Below, one piece after another: positions 48,681 through 61,314 of a stretch of DNA of 64,000 bases (the first letter of the stretch is position 1; each line of letters starts with the position of its first letter). This stretch comes from Amphiscolops sp. MND2022. Its lineage: Eukaryota. The position numbers and the translations under genes are program-made. The notes under the pieces were generated by a model. The model was not told the DNA's origin and did no database searches. It was given only the letters and a program-made list of their open reading frames with translations. The DNA is taken from assembly GCA_964187785.1 (NCBI GenBank), contig OZ076421.1, positions 10,540,001 through 10,604,000 on the forward strand, written 5' to 3'.

Positions 48681-51600
48681 GAGATAGATGATTTCTCAGT
48701 TTGACGGCGAGTAGATCGAGATCCTCTGAGTCATAGCACGAAACTGCGTAGCAAAGCGAAGCTAACTTGCGTCCTGATGTATCCTATGGCGTCCGAGTAG
48801 CTGTCATGTCCTTTTTCGCTGATCTTCAGAGCAAGTCGGGACATAACTTTCGAGGCTGAAGGACCTGCGCCTCCTGAACACGCGAAGACAAGAGGATTGA
48901 ATGAGCTGTTTTCCACATCAAGGATTCTCTGTTCGTACTTCAGTTTTTTTTCAAAGTTTCATGATATTTATACGCTTCCTTTACTTCTTCCGGACAGGAC
49001 TTGGCCAGTGGGTTGAAAATTTTGACGTCAAAAAACGTTCTCGAGAATCGTGAATCCCAGAGTCCATTTGCTCTGATATCGAGACGAGCTTCATCTTCAG
49101 TGCAAGTTGATTTATTTTCGAAGGATTCCCCTTCTAACCTCTGAAGTTTCGGCTCCACCTCGTCGTCGAAGCAAACGCCTTTCATTATCTTTGCAAACGT
49201 ATCGCGTATTTCGTCATGTCTCATGTGAGTGTAGCCTCCTTTTCCGCAGTGTAGGGAATGGGCAACAGTGAAGGGTTCACCACATGGGCATTTTGCAGGT
49301 AAGTTCTTTGGCTCCCAACCGTAGCGCAGCGCGAGACCGTCCCGAAATTCAGACTTCGTAAGAGTGAAACCATAGCGTTTCAGTGGGAGGGCTGCTAGCC
49401 AGCTGGATGCTCCTTTTTCTGAAACAAGTGTAACTGCGTGTCGTTGTTCGTCATTCAAGTTGCATTTGAGTTCTTCAAGCTTAGTTTTTTTGAATTTCTT
49501 GCTTCTGTTTCTTTATCATGTTTACTGTTGAGTGTTGCTTCGCTTTAGCGGTGGTTAGATCCTCTTCATCTAGATGAGAAGTAACATCCTTTGACCACTG
49601 CAGATCGTTTCTTCTGTCTTCGGGTGAAAGGATATTCAGCCCACCTTTGCTGAGCGCTAGGGAGAAAAGAGAACGTTCTGCTATAGATAACTGACCACGG
49701 CCGGTGATGTTAGGGATCAGATTCGTCGTTAAGAGAGATTCGGTTTTTTGCAGTGTGTTTTCCATGTCAGGTGTTGTTCTTGACAGGTAGGTGAGTTTGT
49801 GTTGAACACCTTTTGTAAATGCATGATAGACATTCTGTGGTGACTTTTTCGCATGTGACGCAAGTTGTTCATGTACTCAGTTCGTGTACTCAGTGAGTTT
49901 GGAGGACCGGAAAGCGTGACAGTCCTCGGACGATCCAATTACGGACCCCAGTACACGGTGTCCTCCCACTAGTTCAACATCCTCGTCTTTAAAGAGTTCT
50001 TTTGCTTTGTCAATGGAGGAATCTTTCGTGATGAGATGACATTTAGTGATGTTGTATCCAAATGCGGGACCGTGGAGCTTCAGTTTTTCGAAGATATTTC
50101 GGAGCGATTCGATGCTAACGGCTACTTTGCCATCGTCAGCATACCATTTTTGAAGCACTCCTTCTTCGTTCGCGAGGTCCATTAACGGTAGAAGCGCAAT
50201 GCCATACATGGACATAGCCAAAGGGTCGCCTTGAGTAGTTCCTTCTTGCGACAAGAGAGTTATCCCATTCACGTAAAGGGTTGAAGGTGTACCATATGAG
50301 TTTCGGAGCGCTGTTATGATGTTTGGACAGGTTTTCTGAATATTTTTCAGGGCCAGATCCCTATTTAGACTATTGAACGCCTTTTTGGCGTCAATCAGGA
50401 GAAGCCCTTCTGTCTCTGGCAGCTCGAACGTCTCACGTAGACTGTGAATGGCGTGTTCGATGCCACATTTTTGACCAAGGCAGAGTTGCCTATTCTGGCC
50501 CAAGATCTTGAGATCGTTCCCGATGCATCGAAGAATGTTCCTCCCAATTATGCGTCTGATGACTTCGCTCACTCCGATTGGTCTGACACCTGGGTTTTTG
50601 TCAAACGGTATGAGACGACATGCGTTGTAGGAAGTTAGATCATGCAGTTGTTCTGTTGCGAGTCTCCGGGCAAATGCCGCAAGAGCCTTGCAGAGGTTCG
50701 TGGTTGCTTGACCGAAATGTGAAAGCCACCTGCGCCAGTCGTTGGCGTCAACGCCGGATGGTCCGTGGCTACCTTGCATTACCATGGCTGTTATTCGGAC
50801 TGTCGAGGCGTTGATTTTGTCGAAAATACTGTGATGGTGTTCCAGGGTGTGGTCATTTTCGTTAGTGACGTAGCTGTCTTTTGATGTCATCGGTTTTGGG
50901 TGTTTCTCCGGAAGTTGAACTAACTTTGAAGAAAAACAATAGAAAATATTCCAGGTGACTCATCACAAGTGCGTGGAAAAGCATGAGAAGTACCCCAGTT
51001 GGAAACCTGTGTTGGACAGTTTCAACAGTTTTTATACCAACTGCCATTTTGTTCAGCACTTTTTTAACTTGTTTTTGGAACCCGAGGTGTTTATCAATGG
51101 TTACACCTAAGTATTTGCAATGGTCTGATTTCTTTACTAAGGTGGAGCCCACAGTAACTGTTTCTGAGTCGTTGAGGCGTTTATCTTTTGAGGGAGAAGG
51201 TTATGAATTCGTTTTACTTCCGTTTAAATTCAGCTTGTTCAGACAAAAGTATTCTTCTAATTTATATATATATTGTCTCGCAATATTTCAAGAGCAATCT
51301 CAGATTTTTTATCACTACAGAAAACTAAACAAACGTCAGCATACGGTAATACATGAGCAGGTCTACTTATAAGTTCTGGAAGATCATTCACATACAGGTT
51401 GAAAAATAATGGTCCTACGACTGTTCCTTGGGGGGACACCTTGTTTCAATTCAATCCATTCAGACAGAACACCATTCACAGAGACTTGTTGCAATCGACC
51501 TGTTAAAAAACTTTCCACGATTTGTGTAGCCGAAGGTGAAAAATGTAACGATTCGAGTTTCTTGAGAAGAATTTGATGTGAAAGTGAGACAAAAGCTTTA

Positions 51601-53865
51601 GATAGATCAAGTAAGACAGAATGTACTATATTTCCAAGAGATAGATGATTCCTCAGTTTGACGGCGAGTAGATCGAGATCCTCTGAGTCATAGCACGAAA
51701 CTGCGTAGCAAAGCGAAGCTAACTTGCGTCCTGATGTATCCTATGGCGTCCGAGTAGCTGTCATGTCCTTTTTCGCTGATCTTCAGAGCAAGTCGGGACA
51801 TAACTTTCGAGGCTGAAGGACCTGCGCCTCCTGAACACGCGAAGACAAGAGGATTGAATGAGCTGTTTTCCACATCAAGGATTCTCTGTTCGTACTTCAG
51901 TTTTTTTCAAAGTTTCATGATATTTATACGCTTCCTTTACTTCTTCCGGACAGGACTTGGCCAGTGGGTTGAAAATTTTGACGTCAAAAAACGTTCTCGA
52001 GAATCGTGAATCCCAGAGTCCATTTGCTCTGATATCGAGACGAGCTTCATCTTCAGTGCAAGTTGATTTATTTTCGAAGGATTCCCCTTCTAACCTCTGA
52101 AGTTTCGGCTCCACCTCGTCGTCGAAGCAAACGCCTTTCATTATCTTTGCAAACGTATCGCGTATTTCGTCATGTCTCATGTGAGTGTAGCCTCCTTTTC
52201 CGCAGTGTAGGGAATGGGCAACAGTGAAGGGTTCACCACATGGGCATTTTGCAGGTAAGTTCTTTGGCTCCCAACCGTAGCGCAGCGCGAGACCGTCCCG
52301 AAATTCAGACTTCGTAAGAGTGAAACCATAGCGTTTCAGTGGGAGGGCTGCTAGCCAGCTGGATGCTCCTTTTTCTGAAACAAGTGTAACTGCGTGTCGT
52401 TGTTCGTCATTCAAGTTGCATTTGAGTTCTTCAAGCTTAGTTTTTTTGAATTTCTTGCTTCTGTTTCTTTATCATGTTTACTGTTGAGTGTTGCTTCGCT
52501 TTAGCGGTGGTTAGATCCTCTTCATCTAGATGAGAAGTAACATCCTTTGACCACTGCAGATCGTTTCTTCTGTCTTCGGGTGAAAGGATATTCAGCCCAC
52601 CTTTGCTGAGCGCTAGGGAGAAAAGAGAACGTTCTGCTATAGATAACTGACCACGGCCGGTGATGTTAGGGATCAGATTCGTCGTTAAGAGAGATTCGGT
52701 TTTTTGCAGTGTGTTTTCCATGTCAGGTGTTGTTCTTGACAGGAAGGTGAGTTTGTGTTGAACACCTTTTGTAAATGCATGATAGACATTCTGTGGTGAC
52801 TTTTTCGCATGTGACGCAAGTTGTTCATGTACTCAGTTCGTGTACTCAGTGAGTTTGGAGGACCGGAAAGCGTGACAGGCCTCGGACGATCCAATTACGG
52901 ACCCCAGTACACGGTGTCCTCCCACTAGTTCAACATCCTCGTCTTTAAAGAGTTCTTTTGCTTTGTCAATGGAGGAATCTTTCGTGATGAGATGACATTT
53001 AGTGATGTTGTATCCAAATGCGGGACCGTGGAGCTTCAGTTTTTCGAAGATATTTCGGAGCGATTCGATGCTAACGGCTACTTTGCCATCGTCAGCATAC
53101 CATTTTTGAAGCACTCCTTCTTCGTTCGCGAGGTCCATTAACGGTAGAAGCGCAATGCCATACATGGACATAGCCAAAGGGTCGCCTTGAGTAGTTCCTT
53201 CTTGCGACAAGAGAGTTATCCCATTCACGTAAAGGGTTGAAGGTGTACCATATGAGTTTCGGAGCGCTGTTATGATGTTTGGACAGGTTTTCTGAATATT
53301 TTTCAGGGCCAGATCCCTATTTAGACTATTGAACGCCTTTTTGGCGTCAATCAGGAGAAGCCCTTCTGTCTCTGGCAGCTCGAACGTCTCACGTAGACTG
53401 TGAATGGCGTGTTCGATGCCACATTTTTGACCAAGGCAGAGTTGCCTATTCTGGCCCAAGATCTTGAGATCGTTCCCGATGCATCGAAGAATGTTCCTCC
53501 CAATTATGCGTCTGATGACTTCGCTCACTCCGATTGGTCTGACACCTGGGTTTTTGTCAAACGGTATGAGACGACATGCGTTGTAGGAAGTTAGATCATG
53601 CAGTTGTTCTGTTGCGAGTCTCCGGGCAAATGCCGCAAGAGCCTTGCAGAGGTTCGTGGTTGCTTGACCGAAATGTGAAAGCCACCTGCGCCAGTCGTTG
53701 GCGTCGACGCCGGATGGTCCGTGGCTACCTTGCATTACCATGGCTGTTATTCGGACTGTCGAGGCGTTGATTTTGTCGAAAATACTGTGATGGTGTTCCA
53801 GGGTGTGGTCATTTTCGTTAGTGACGTAGCTGTCTTTTGATGTCATCGGTTTTGGGTGTTTCTCC
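47961..53865. repeat. ~2.95-kb tandem duplication specific to the right arm (47961-50909, 50918-53865)
   Basis: Duplicated ORF sets at an offset of ~2957 bp. Junction reads CTCC-GGAAGTTG-AACTAAC. Confidence 0.9.
48690..50909 (-). mobile_element. Partial extra copy of the CRE-like ORF (RT to RLE)
   Basis: ORFs 49877-50890, 49481-49765 and 48940-49458. Confidence 0.85.
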
Positions 53866-54654
53866 TGAAGGATTTGCATTACGGTTTTGTTTCCCACTCT
53901 TTCTTGCAGCGAGAGGACGTTGCCTTTCTGAGACTCATCCAGACACCGCAATGCATTTGAGATTTTCCCGGATGACATTTGGATGTCAAAACTTTTCATT
54001 TCATCAGGGTTCTGGGTTTTCCGCACTTTTGGTGTACGTAGCTGCAGTGCCTTTGCTTCGTTGAAGAGCGCCTCGAATTCGCAGCTAAGCCATGCTTCCA
54101 TTCGTCTTTGAATGGTTTTTCCGATGGATGTTTCACGTTTCTCTTTCGTACGGGCCAGAACTAGATGGGGCATTACCATCGCTGAGTAAAGTGCTACATT
54201 CGAGTTTCGCGATTTTTCGGCAACTTCATCAAAGATAATGCTGAGGCTTTCGATGAAGCAATGTCCAGTTTGGTTTTTGCTGAGAGTGACAAATTGGGGC
54301 TTCAGTGGACTATTTCAGAGTAGCTTTTTTGATAAAGTCAGTATGTGTTGGTGTTATTTTCGTCCAGAAGTCAGCAGGTGTGGGCGGAGTGACATTAGGG
54401 GAGGTGTCAGGGTCGTTTTGGTTTATTTCTACAGTTGTAAGCGGATTGGCTTGTGGCGTCGCTGCGGGCGGTGTGATGGTGTCGTCTTGCGGGGTGGCGG
54501 CAAGATTGCAGGTTTGACAGATGAAACTCGCGTAGTGGTCTCGTCCGGATGCCAGACCGCTGCATCGTATATGAATGTAGCCGCACTCGTTGCACCATAC
54601 ACCTCCGCCCCTCAGATGCCCGTTGAATTTACTACAATGCGTTTGATCTGCCAT
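51640..54654 (-). mobile_element. Mirror copy of the CRE-like element with an uninterrupted PHD segment
   Basis: ORF 54310-54654 (MADQTHC..WCNECGYIHIRC..FICQTC), 52833-54179 (RT) and 51875-52414 (RLE). Confidence 0.9.
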
Positions 54655-54681
54655 GGAATTGAGGGAAGGTTGTCAGGTCAG

Positions 54682-55066
54682 TTATATGTACAATTGGATT
54701 ATTTACATTTGAAGAAAGTTACAACTATAGTGAGAAATATAGAAAGACAGAATGCGGGTGAAAATATGATTTCCAAAGAAGGAAAAGTGAACTCCGTCAC
54801 GGCAGAATATCTTGGTGTCAAAATCACGATTAAAATTTGGTGACACAATGGGTAGATTCAGTGAGCCTAGAAGCTTATGTAGAGCGAAGTTCAGCCAATA
54901 GATACGTCGGTTGGTGATTGAATCGTTAGCAGTTGCAGTTGTTTTTGGGATTTTGACTGTTGAGGGGTTGGATGTCGAGAGGTATATGACTTTTTCCCAA
55001 AAGTAACATCGCTCAATAAGTAAAAAACTTCGTTCCAGAAGGGAACATTAGATCCAACAATCAAAG
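54682..55066 (-). pseudogene. Mirror copy of the SGNH-like ORF
   Basis: Reverse complement of 15855-16240, with an extra frameshift. Confidence 0.5.
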
Positions 55067-55069
55067 ACG

Positions 55070-55860
55070 ATATACGACTCACAAAAATGCTTAAAAAGAA
55101 GAGGAGACAGTGAACGAATCACGTCGAAAACAAGTCTCTTGAGAACAACAAGAAATACAAAACTAGTAGAAAATGGTTGAAAGAGGTAACCGAGAAATTT
55201 GCAGCAGATAAACACTAGTATATAACCGAAAGCAAAAACGCTAACCCAAAGACGATCTGGAGCCATGACTGTGGAAGATCGTTAGGGAGGGAGTCTGTTC
55301 CAGCAATCAAAACTAAAGATTGCACTTCCACTGACACGGATTCTGAGAATCGTTGTTTTACAAATTGAGTAACTTTCGTTATTTTTCAAATCGCTTTTTG
55401 CAACGGAAGGACCTGGGTTTGGCAAGAAAGCTTATGGATACCAACATTGAGTTCACCGAAAACGAGAAAATTCTTCTTAACAAAGCAAAGTCGGCTGGAG
55501 TGGACAACTTTTCACCAAGGACACCAAAAAGTACAAGGGCAGAATTAGCATCACTTCATTCACAAATCATGGTTGAACCCTGGACCAGAGCGAATATAGA
55601 GCCGTATTTTAAGTCAGGAAGCAGATCTTACGCAAAAAACTACCGCCAAATGAGTCTGACCACCGTCCCCCAAAATTTATGAACCGAATTTTGAGAAAAC
55701 GATTTACGAAGTTCTTGATTGACAATGATAAATTGAGTGATAACCAATGTGGCTTCTTGTGGAAAAGGTGAACTCTGCTGAAATTGCTTGAAGCTTTTGA
55801 TCAATGAATTTTCGCCTTGGACAAGAAAGCTGAGGTTGATGACGTGTACTTTGATAGGTG
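55070..55860 (+). pseudogene. Mirror copy of the decayed LINE ORF2 fragment
   Basis: ORF 55353-55682 includes 'KNYRQMSLTT'. Confidence 0.7.
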
Positions 55861-57151
55861 TGTGGAATCAGGTCTAATGATATAGATCTAAGAGAGGGGG
55901 CAAAACTGAGATCTAAATAAATTGATCCAAATAATCAGGTCTACAAATCTCTTCTAATTTGATCTAATTTGAGTAAAAAAATGTCAATGAAGATCTATAA
56001 CTAAAAAGTGATATAAAGTATAAATCGTGCCTCGGATATGTCCGCATTTCCTCTAGTGCCCCGCGGCCCCTTGGGGCCGCCTCTATTTCCATCTTGCTAA
56101 GCGAGGTCGAACAGGAGCAATGACCTAGCGGGAACGGAGATCGCGAAGCGATTGTAGTGGGAGCTGGTCTTTGCGACGGTGAGGGCGAGCGTGCATACAT
56201 CGCACATGCATCACATTATATTTTCTCTTTCAGAACACATGTTAGATCATAAAGGCGTTAGACTAAGTATTTTAGATGAAATTAGATCTGAAAGTTAGAC
56301 TTAAAGTTGGACCTAAATTAGATCTGAAAGTTAGATCTAATTCCATTAGACCTAATGAATTAGATCAAAGGCGTACACTCCTACCTTACCGAAAGACAAT
56401 GGACAGTGTGCCGTTCAGAAGACTCGGATGCATTCTAGTAAAAATCCTCGAAAAAAGAGTGCTATACCTCGATGGTAAGTTCTCGGCCCAAAAATGTTCA
56501 CGATCTACATGAAGGGTGGGCGGAAGTAGGTCGAAGGGACGGGATCGAAAATCAGAGTTAGTCCTCAGGTCGACATACGAAATTTTTGAATGGGATCGAA
56601 ACAACTCGGATCGAAATTTTTATAACGTAGTCAGATATGTTCACATACCCCTAGTGCCCTGATGAATTGGTAACCAATGAAGCTCTATCTCCTTGCCGAA
56701 GAAGAAAGAAGAGATCAATTAACCTTCGGGATATGGCAGTACAAATGACTTTCTATCATTGATTCCAGAACAAAGAAAGTAGTACAAAAGAATTGACACA
56801 GAAGGAAGGCAGGTGAGGATTGCAGGATTATAAGAATTAATCGATGCTTGCAATAAAGCCAGCCAACGCGCTTATAACATGCTTGTTTTCGCAATTTAGC
56901 AAACTTACTAGCGTTTCATCAATTTTTTTGATTTTTAAGCTCCTTAATGCAACTCCTTCGGTGTTCTTGGTATGAGACACAGGAAAATAAGATATGTGCA
57001 GTATCATCGACAACTCTACAATAGGGACAAATATCGGTTTTGCTCTTATTACTTCTGAATAATACTTCGCGTACTTAAAAATCATTCATTAGAACATGTA
57101 GGTAGCGTTTTGAGAAATTTTCCTAGGATATAGTGCTAATATTTTCATGAT

Positions 57152-57535
57152 GAGAGAGAGAAGTTAATTTCCCCCTCACCGCGGGGTGGACGCCGAATAA
57201 GCAGTTCTGCTTTTCTAAGTCGGCGCCCTTTCGGATTTTATCTCCCCATAGCAAGCTATGGTACCATATTTGCAGCCAAGTGGTCAAGTAATGGTGGACT
57301 TGAAGCTGTGGTTTCAAAGTGACTTGCTCAAGGTCACAAAGGTCTGACTGCTCACCGTTGCTCTTTTTGTTTTGCTTTTCTCCGCCAAATGCGTTATTTT
57401 GTGTCATTGACCATACCACTAAGCTAGGGATGAAGGACTTGCTTAAGGACCAACAATGGTGAGTTGAGAGAGATTCGAACCTGATACCGCCCCAGTACAG
57501 GTCGAATGCTCTAATCACTACGCCATGCTCCCCCC
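57152..57535 (-). mobile_element. Mirror copy of the tRNA-derived SINE
   Basis: Reverse complement of 13144-13529; B box GGTTCGAATCTC. Confidence 0.65.
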
Positions 57536-57673
57536 ATGATGCTGTTTCTTACTTTAAGCCCTGAGTAATTTGAGTACATAAGACATTGCTTTATTTCTCG
57601 TTGCCATAAGTGCCTGCAATACTCATCCACCTCCTTCTGTACTGACTGAGGATTGTCTAGCATATTGTATGTA

Positions 57674-58167
57674 TGGGAACAGGACGTTTCGGCAAAAAAA
57701 CTCGAGACGTTTCAGCATAGTTTTCACGCCGAAACGTCCCGCATTATCTAGGTGTTGTTTTTGGTTTTCTACAAACCGCTTGTGTCTAGTTTGTAGAATA
57801 CCAGTTTGTAGAATTCTGGAATTGAAGAATAACGATAAGACCATTAAAGTAGGAATGATGCAAAGCATTAAACGTGCCTCGGATATGTCCTCAATTCCTC
57901 TAGTGCCCCGCAGCCCCTTGGGGCCGCTTTTATTCCCATCTGGCTAAGCGAGGTCGAACAGGAGCAAAGACCCAGCGCGAACAGAGATCGCGAAGCAATC
58001 GTAGTGGGAGCTGGTTCTTGCGACGGTGAGGGCGATCGTGCATACACCGGATAAGCCCCACATATCATACGAAACTTTCCGGCAAATGTTTTTAGCCTGA
58101 GACATTTCGGCATATTTTTTTGCCGAAACGTCCGCCGCCATGTTTTTGCCGAAACTTCCGGAATCCG
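57674..58167. mobile_element. Mirror copy of the GGACGTTTCGGC MITE
   Basis: Reverse complement of 12512-13005. Confidence 0.6.
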
Positions 58168-61100
58168 TATGTATATTGCCATAATTTCATCAGGATCACA
58201 ATTTACAATTGAAAGTTTGTGTACCAAAAAAATACCTCACCATAATATTATGTTGGCATATGATTGCAAAATTACCTGGGTTTAGAATATCTGCACTTCT
58301 AGCAGTTGAATGTAGAAACAATAAAATTTGATTAGTGTAGTTGATATAAACTTAAAACACTAACTACGTGTTTCGATACGTGGTAGTTTCTAAAGCTATT
58401 TCCTAAAGATAGATTTATGAACACTCCACCACATCTTGTGCAGAGATGTCATGTTTTGATGAAACCAAATAGCCATACAGTACGTAACACGTGGTTTCAC
58501 ATATGAATCAAAGATACGTACAGCGTAAAGTGGATTTAATCCTTGCGTTATAAGTACACTTGTTTCTTTGCAGAAATTAACCATTGAGGCAGAGATAATG
58601 GCATCATGTGTTTTGAAACTCAAATCTCGTTCGAACCATAGGCCAAGTTTTCACTTCTCTCAACAAAGTTTTAGTCGGACTAATATACTTCTTCTAAGAA
58701 ATTTATACGTTCAGTTTTGTCTTTATTCAGCACCTGCCTCCATTTGTATGTATAGTTTTCCGCCTTTTCTGAATATGTGCTTTGGTTTTCTTTGCTTGAA
58801 AGAGAAGTACTGTTATCTGCATACTTATATGTTAATATACGTTAAGTCCGCATCTTGGAGGAAGCCCCCTGAATTAAGTTTTCGATCTCCAGTGGCTGGT
58901 TGTGTGGAAAATACAACTTTCAGTTACAGACGTTTCTCGAAATTACTATACACGACCAGCGCAAACGGTAAACAAATAAAGTAAATAATTTTCAAAGTCA
59001 ACTCTGATATTCCACCGATGACTTTATCGCCCAATGACCACACCGAATTCAACACACAGGATAAAACTAAAATTAAAATTTCTAACGTTACTATGCGTTT
59101 AAACTTTGCTTCAAAAGCTTCTTCAATCAACTTTTTTAGGAGGGTTTCCAGCTGCAATGTCTTGTATTTTCAGACGAAGCTTTAAGGTTTTTTCGATGCT
59201 CCAAAACAATCAATAAAGACTTTATTTCAAATAATGCAACTGAATGAAATCGGAAATATTCATTGGAAAGAGGAATATAGTTGTTGTCTACGTGAAAAAA
59301 AAAGAGTTTTTGTGACTCGAAGAACAATGAAATCTTTATCATGAAGCATGGGGCGCACAAATACTTTCACAATAGGGCTGTTATACGTGATTTATATTTC
59401 CGCAATTCAGTTGCTAATTCTTAAGGGGTTAAAGCTGTATTGTTATTAGAATTATAGGGAGTCAAGGAGTTGTTCAGAATGTCATGCCAAATAACTATTT
59501 GAATCATAATTTTATGAAAATCATGATCCAGTTGAAAATACAAAAGAAGATTGTCACTTCGAGCATAGGATTTCAAAATCAATGAGAAAAAGGCTGTGAT
59601 AAAACATCGATGGGTAGTTCGGTCATCAAAATGGAAGATGTTTTAGCTGGTTTTAGTGAATTTGTACCATTGTTATTTAACATGAGTAAAGTTATTTAAC
59701 TTTTTGCTAGGTGTGAGCTTAAGGTCAAGCAGAAACTTCGTAGAAGGGTGAATTATTGTGTATCTCAAGTATTATGAGGTAATATTAAAGCACAAACTAT
59801 TGGGGGAATCCACAAAAAATTCTCATGCAACATGTAAAAAGTTCATGGAGGCTAAAGTCCGACTAGGGTAGGTCCTGGGCGTCGTTTATACTTCTGCTGA
59901 CAATTTCTGTAATTCGTAGAACATGATTTTCACAATATTCATCATCGGCTAGATGTTTAGTCTTGTCTTTCAAAATTGAAGTCATAACACAGATACTGTA
60001 ATGTAACGATACACCTACGTGGTGGTGTGCATTGCATTGATGGGTGCCAACTAAAATTTCTTGTTTTGAATTCAAAATTCAAGATGTTACCAGCTCTAAA
60101 ATAATAATGCTCTAACGCAAAACAGCGAATTTTCAAAACAATGACAAGCTCTAAATAACTAGCTGTAAATAAGTTGTTCAATACGCATCTATTTTTCCCA
60201 CGTTTGTTTTACATTTATACAAGAAGGCACTTCTACTTTTCTGAGCAGTCAAACACAATTTTCTATTGTCACCAAGTATGTTGACGCTTTTTGAATAGTT
60301 TCAATTTTTTGGTCGGTGGTATATGCCAAGGTTCAACTACTAAGATTTGTTGTTTACGAATACTAAAATTTGTTCACATTGTTTGTCTGTATGTTTCACA
60401 GAGAGGACTCGATCTCAAAAGTATCGCATTTAACATTTCGCAGTTAGAAAAACCAAGTTATTGAATATTAAGTGCCCAAAGTTCATTCGGTCTCAGAACT
60501 CCCGAAGAACCATAGACCTAACCTCTTTGTTAATGTTGTAAAACCGAGCGAAATATTTTAAATTGAATTCTCAAACTATCAAAAATTTGCGCTCCTTTGA
60601 AAAAATTCCGCTGACTCCTTTTCCATATTATTTGGAAAAAGAATAATACAGCAGTCAAGTACAGCAGTGAAATTTCAACAATGGAACGTTGCGGAAGTCG
60701 CGGGTTGGCGTAACATTTAGTCCATACAAAAATTCCATATGTGAAAACTATCTCATACAAAAAACACTTTATTCGTTATTATCATGCTGTGAACTAACTG
60801 CTTCGTATATGGTCAATGATTAAACTAAATGTTTTATATATGGTGATTGTATGAAGTAGATGTTTTTATAAATGGTCATTGTATGACAAGCATTTTACGA
60901 GAAAAGATTTTAATGAAACTGGGTTTCAGTCTGGAGAAATCTTTCGAGTAGCGACGACCTCCATTATCAACATCGGGTACCTTAAATTGAAGGTTTTTGC
61001 ATACGCAAACTAACAATGTGTAACAAAATAGTTCGATATCTTTCTATAAAAGCATTAACTCGCTTAAACTCTTCTTCAGGGAGATTCCTGTTTCATACAA

Positions 61101-61314
61101 ATCATCAGCAAGAGACACTAAAATTTGATGATTGTGACGATAGTCTGACGTTTTTGAAGAAACGTTCATGGTTCAGGAGCAGACAACAAATTCACCAACC
61201 TGAGCGTTAATTGACTACGTTATGCTAATTTGCTATTTATGGTAAACAGATAGTCCAAAAAAGTACCATAGTTTGGCTGTTGTATGATTTGGATGTTTTC
61301 TCTCTTGTATTGTT

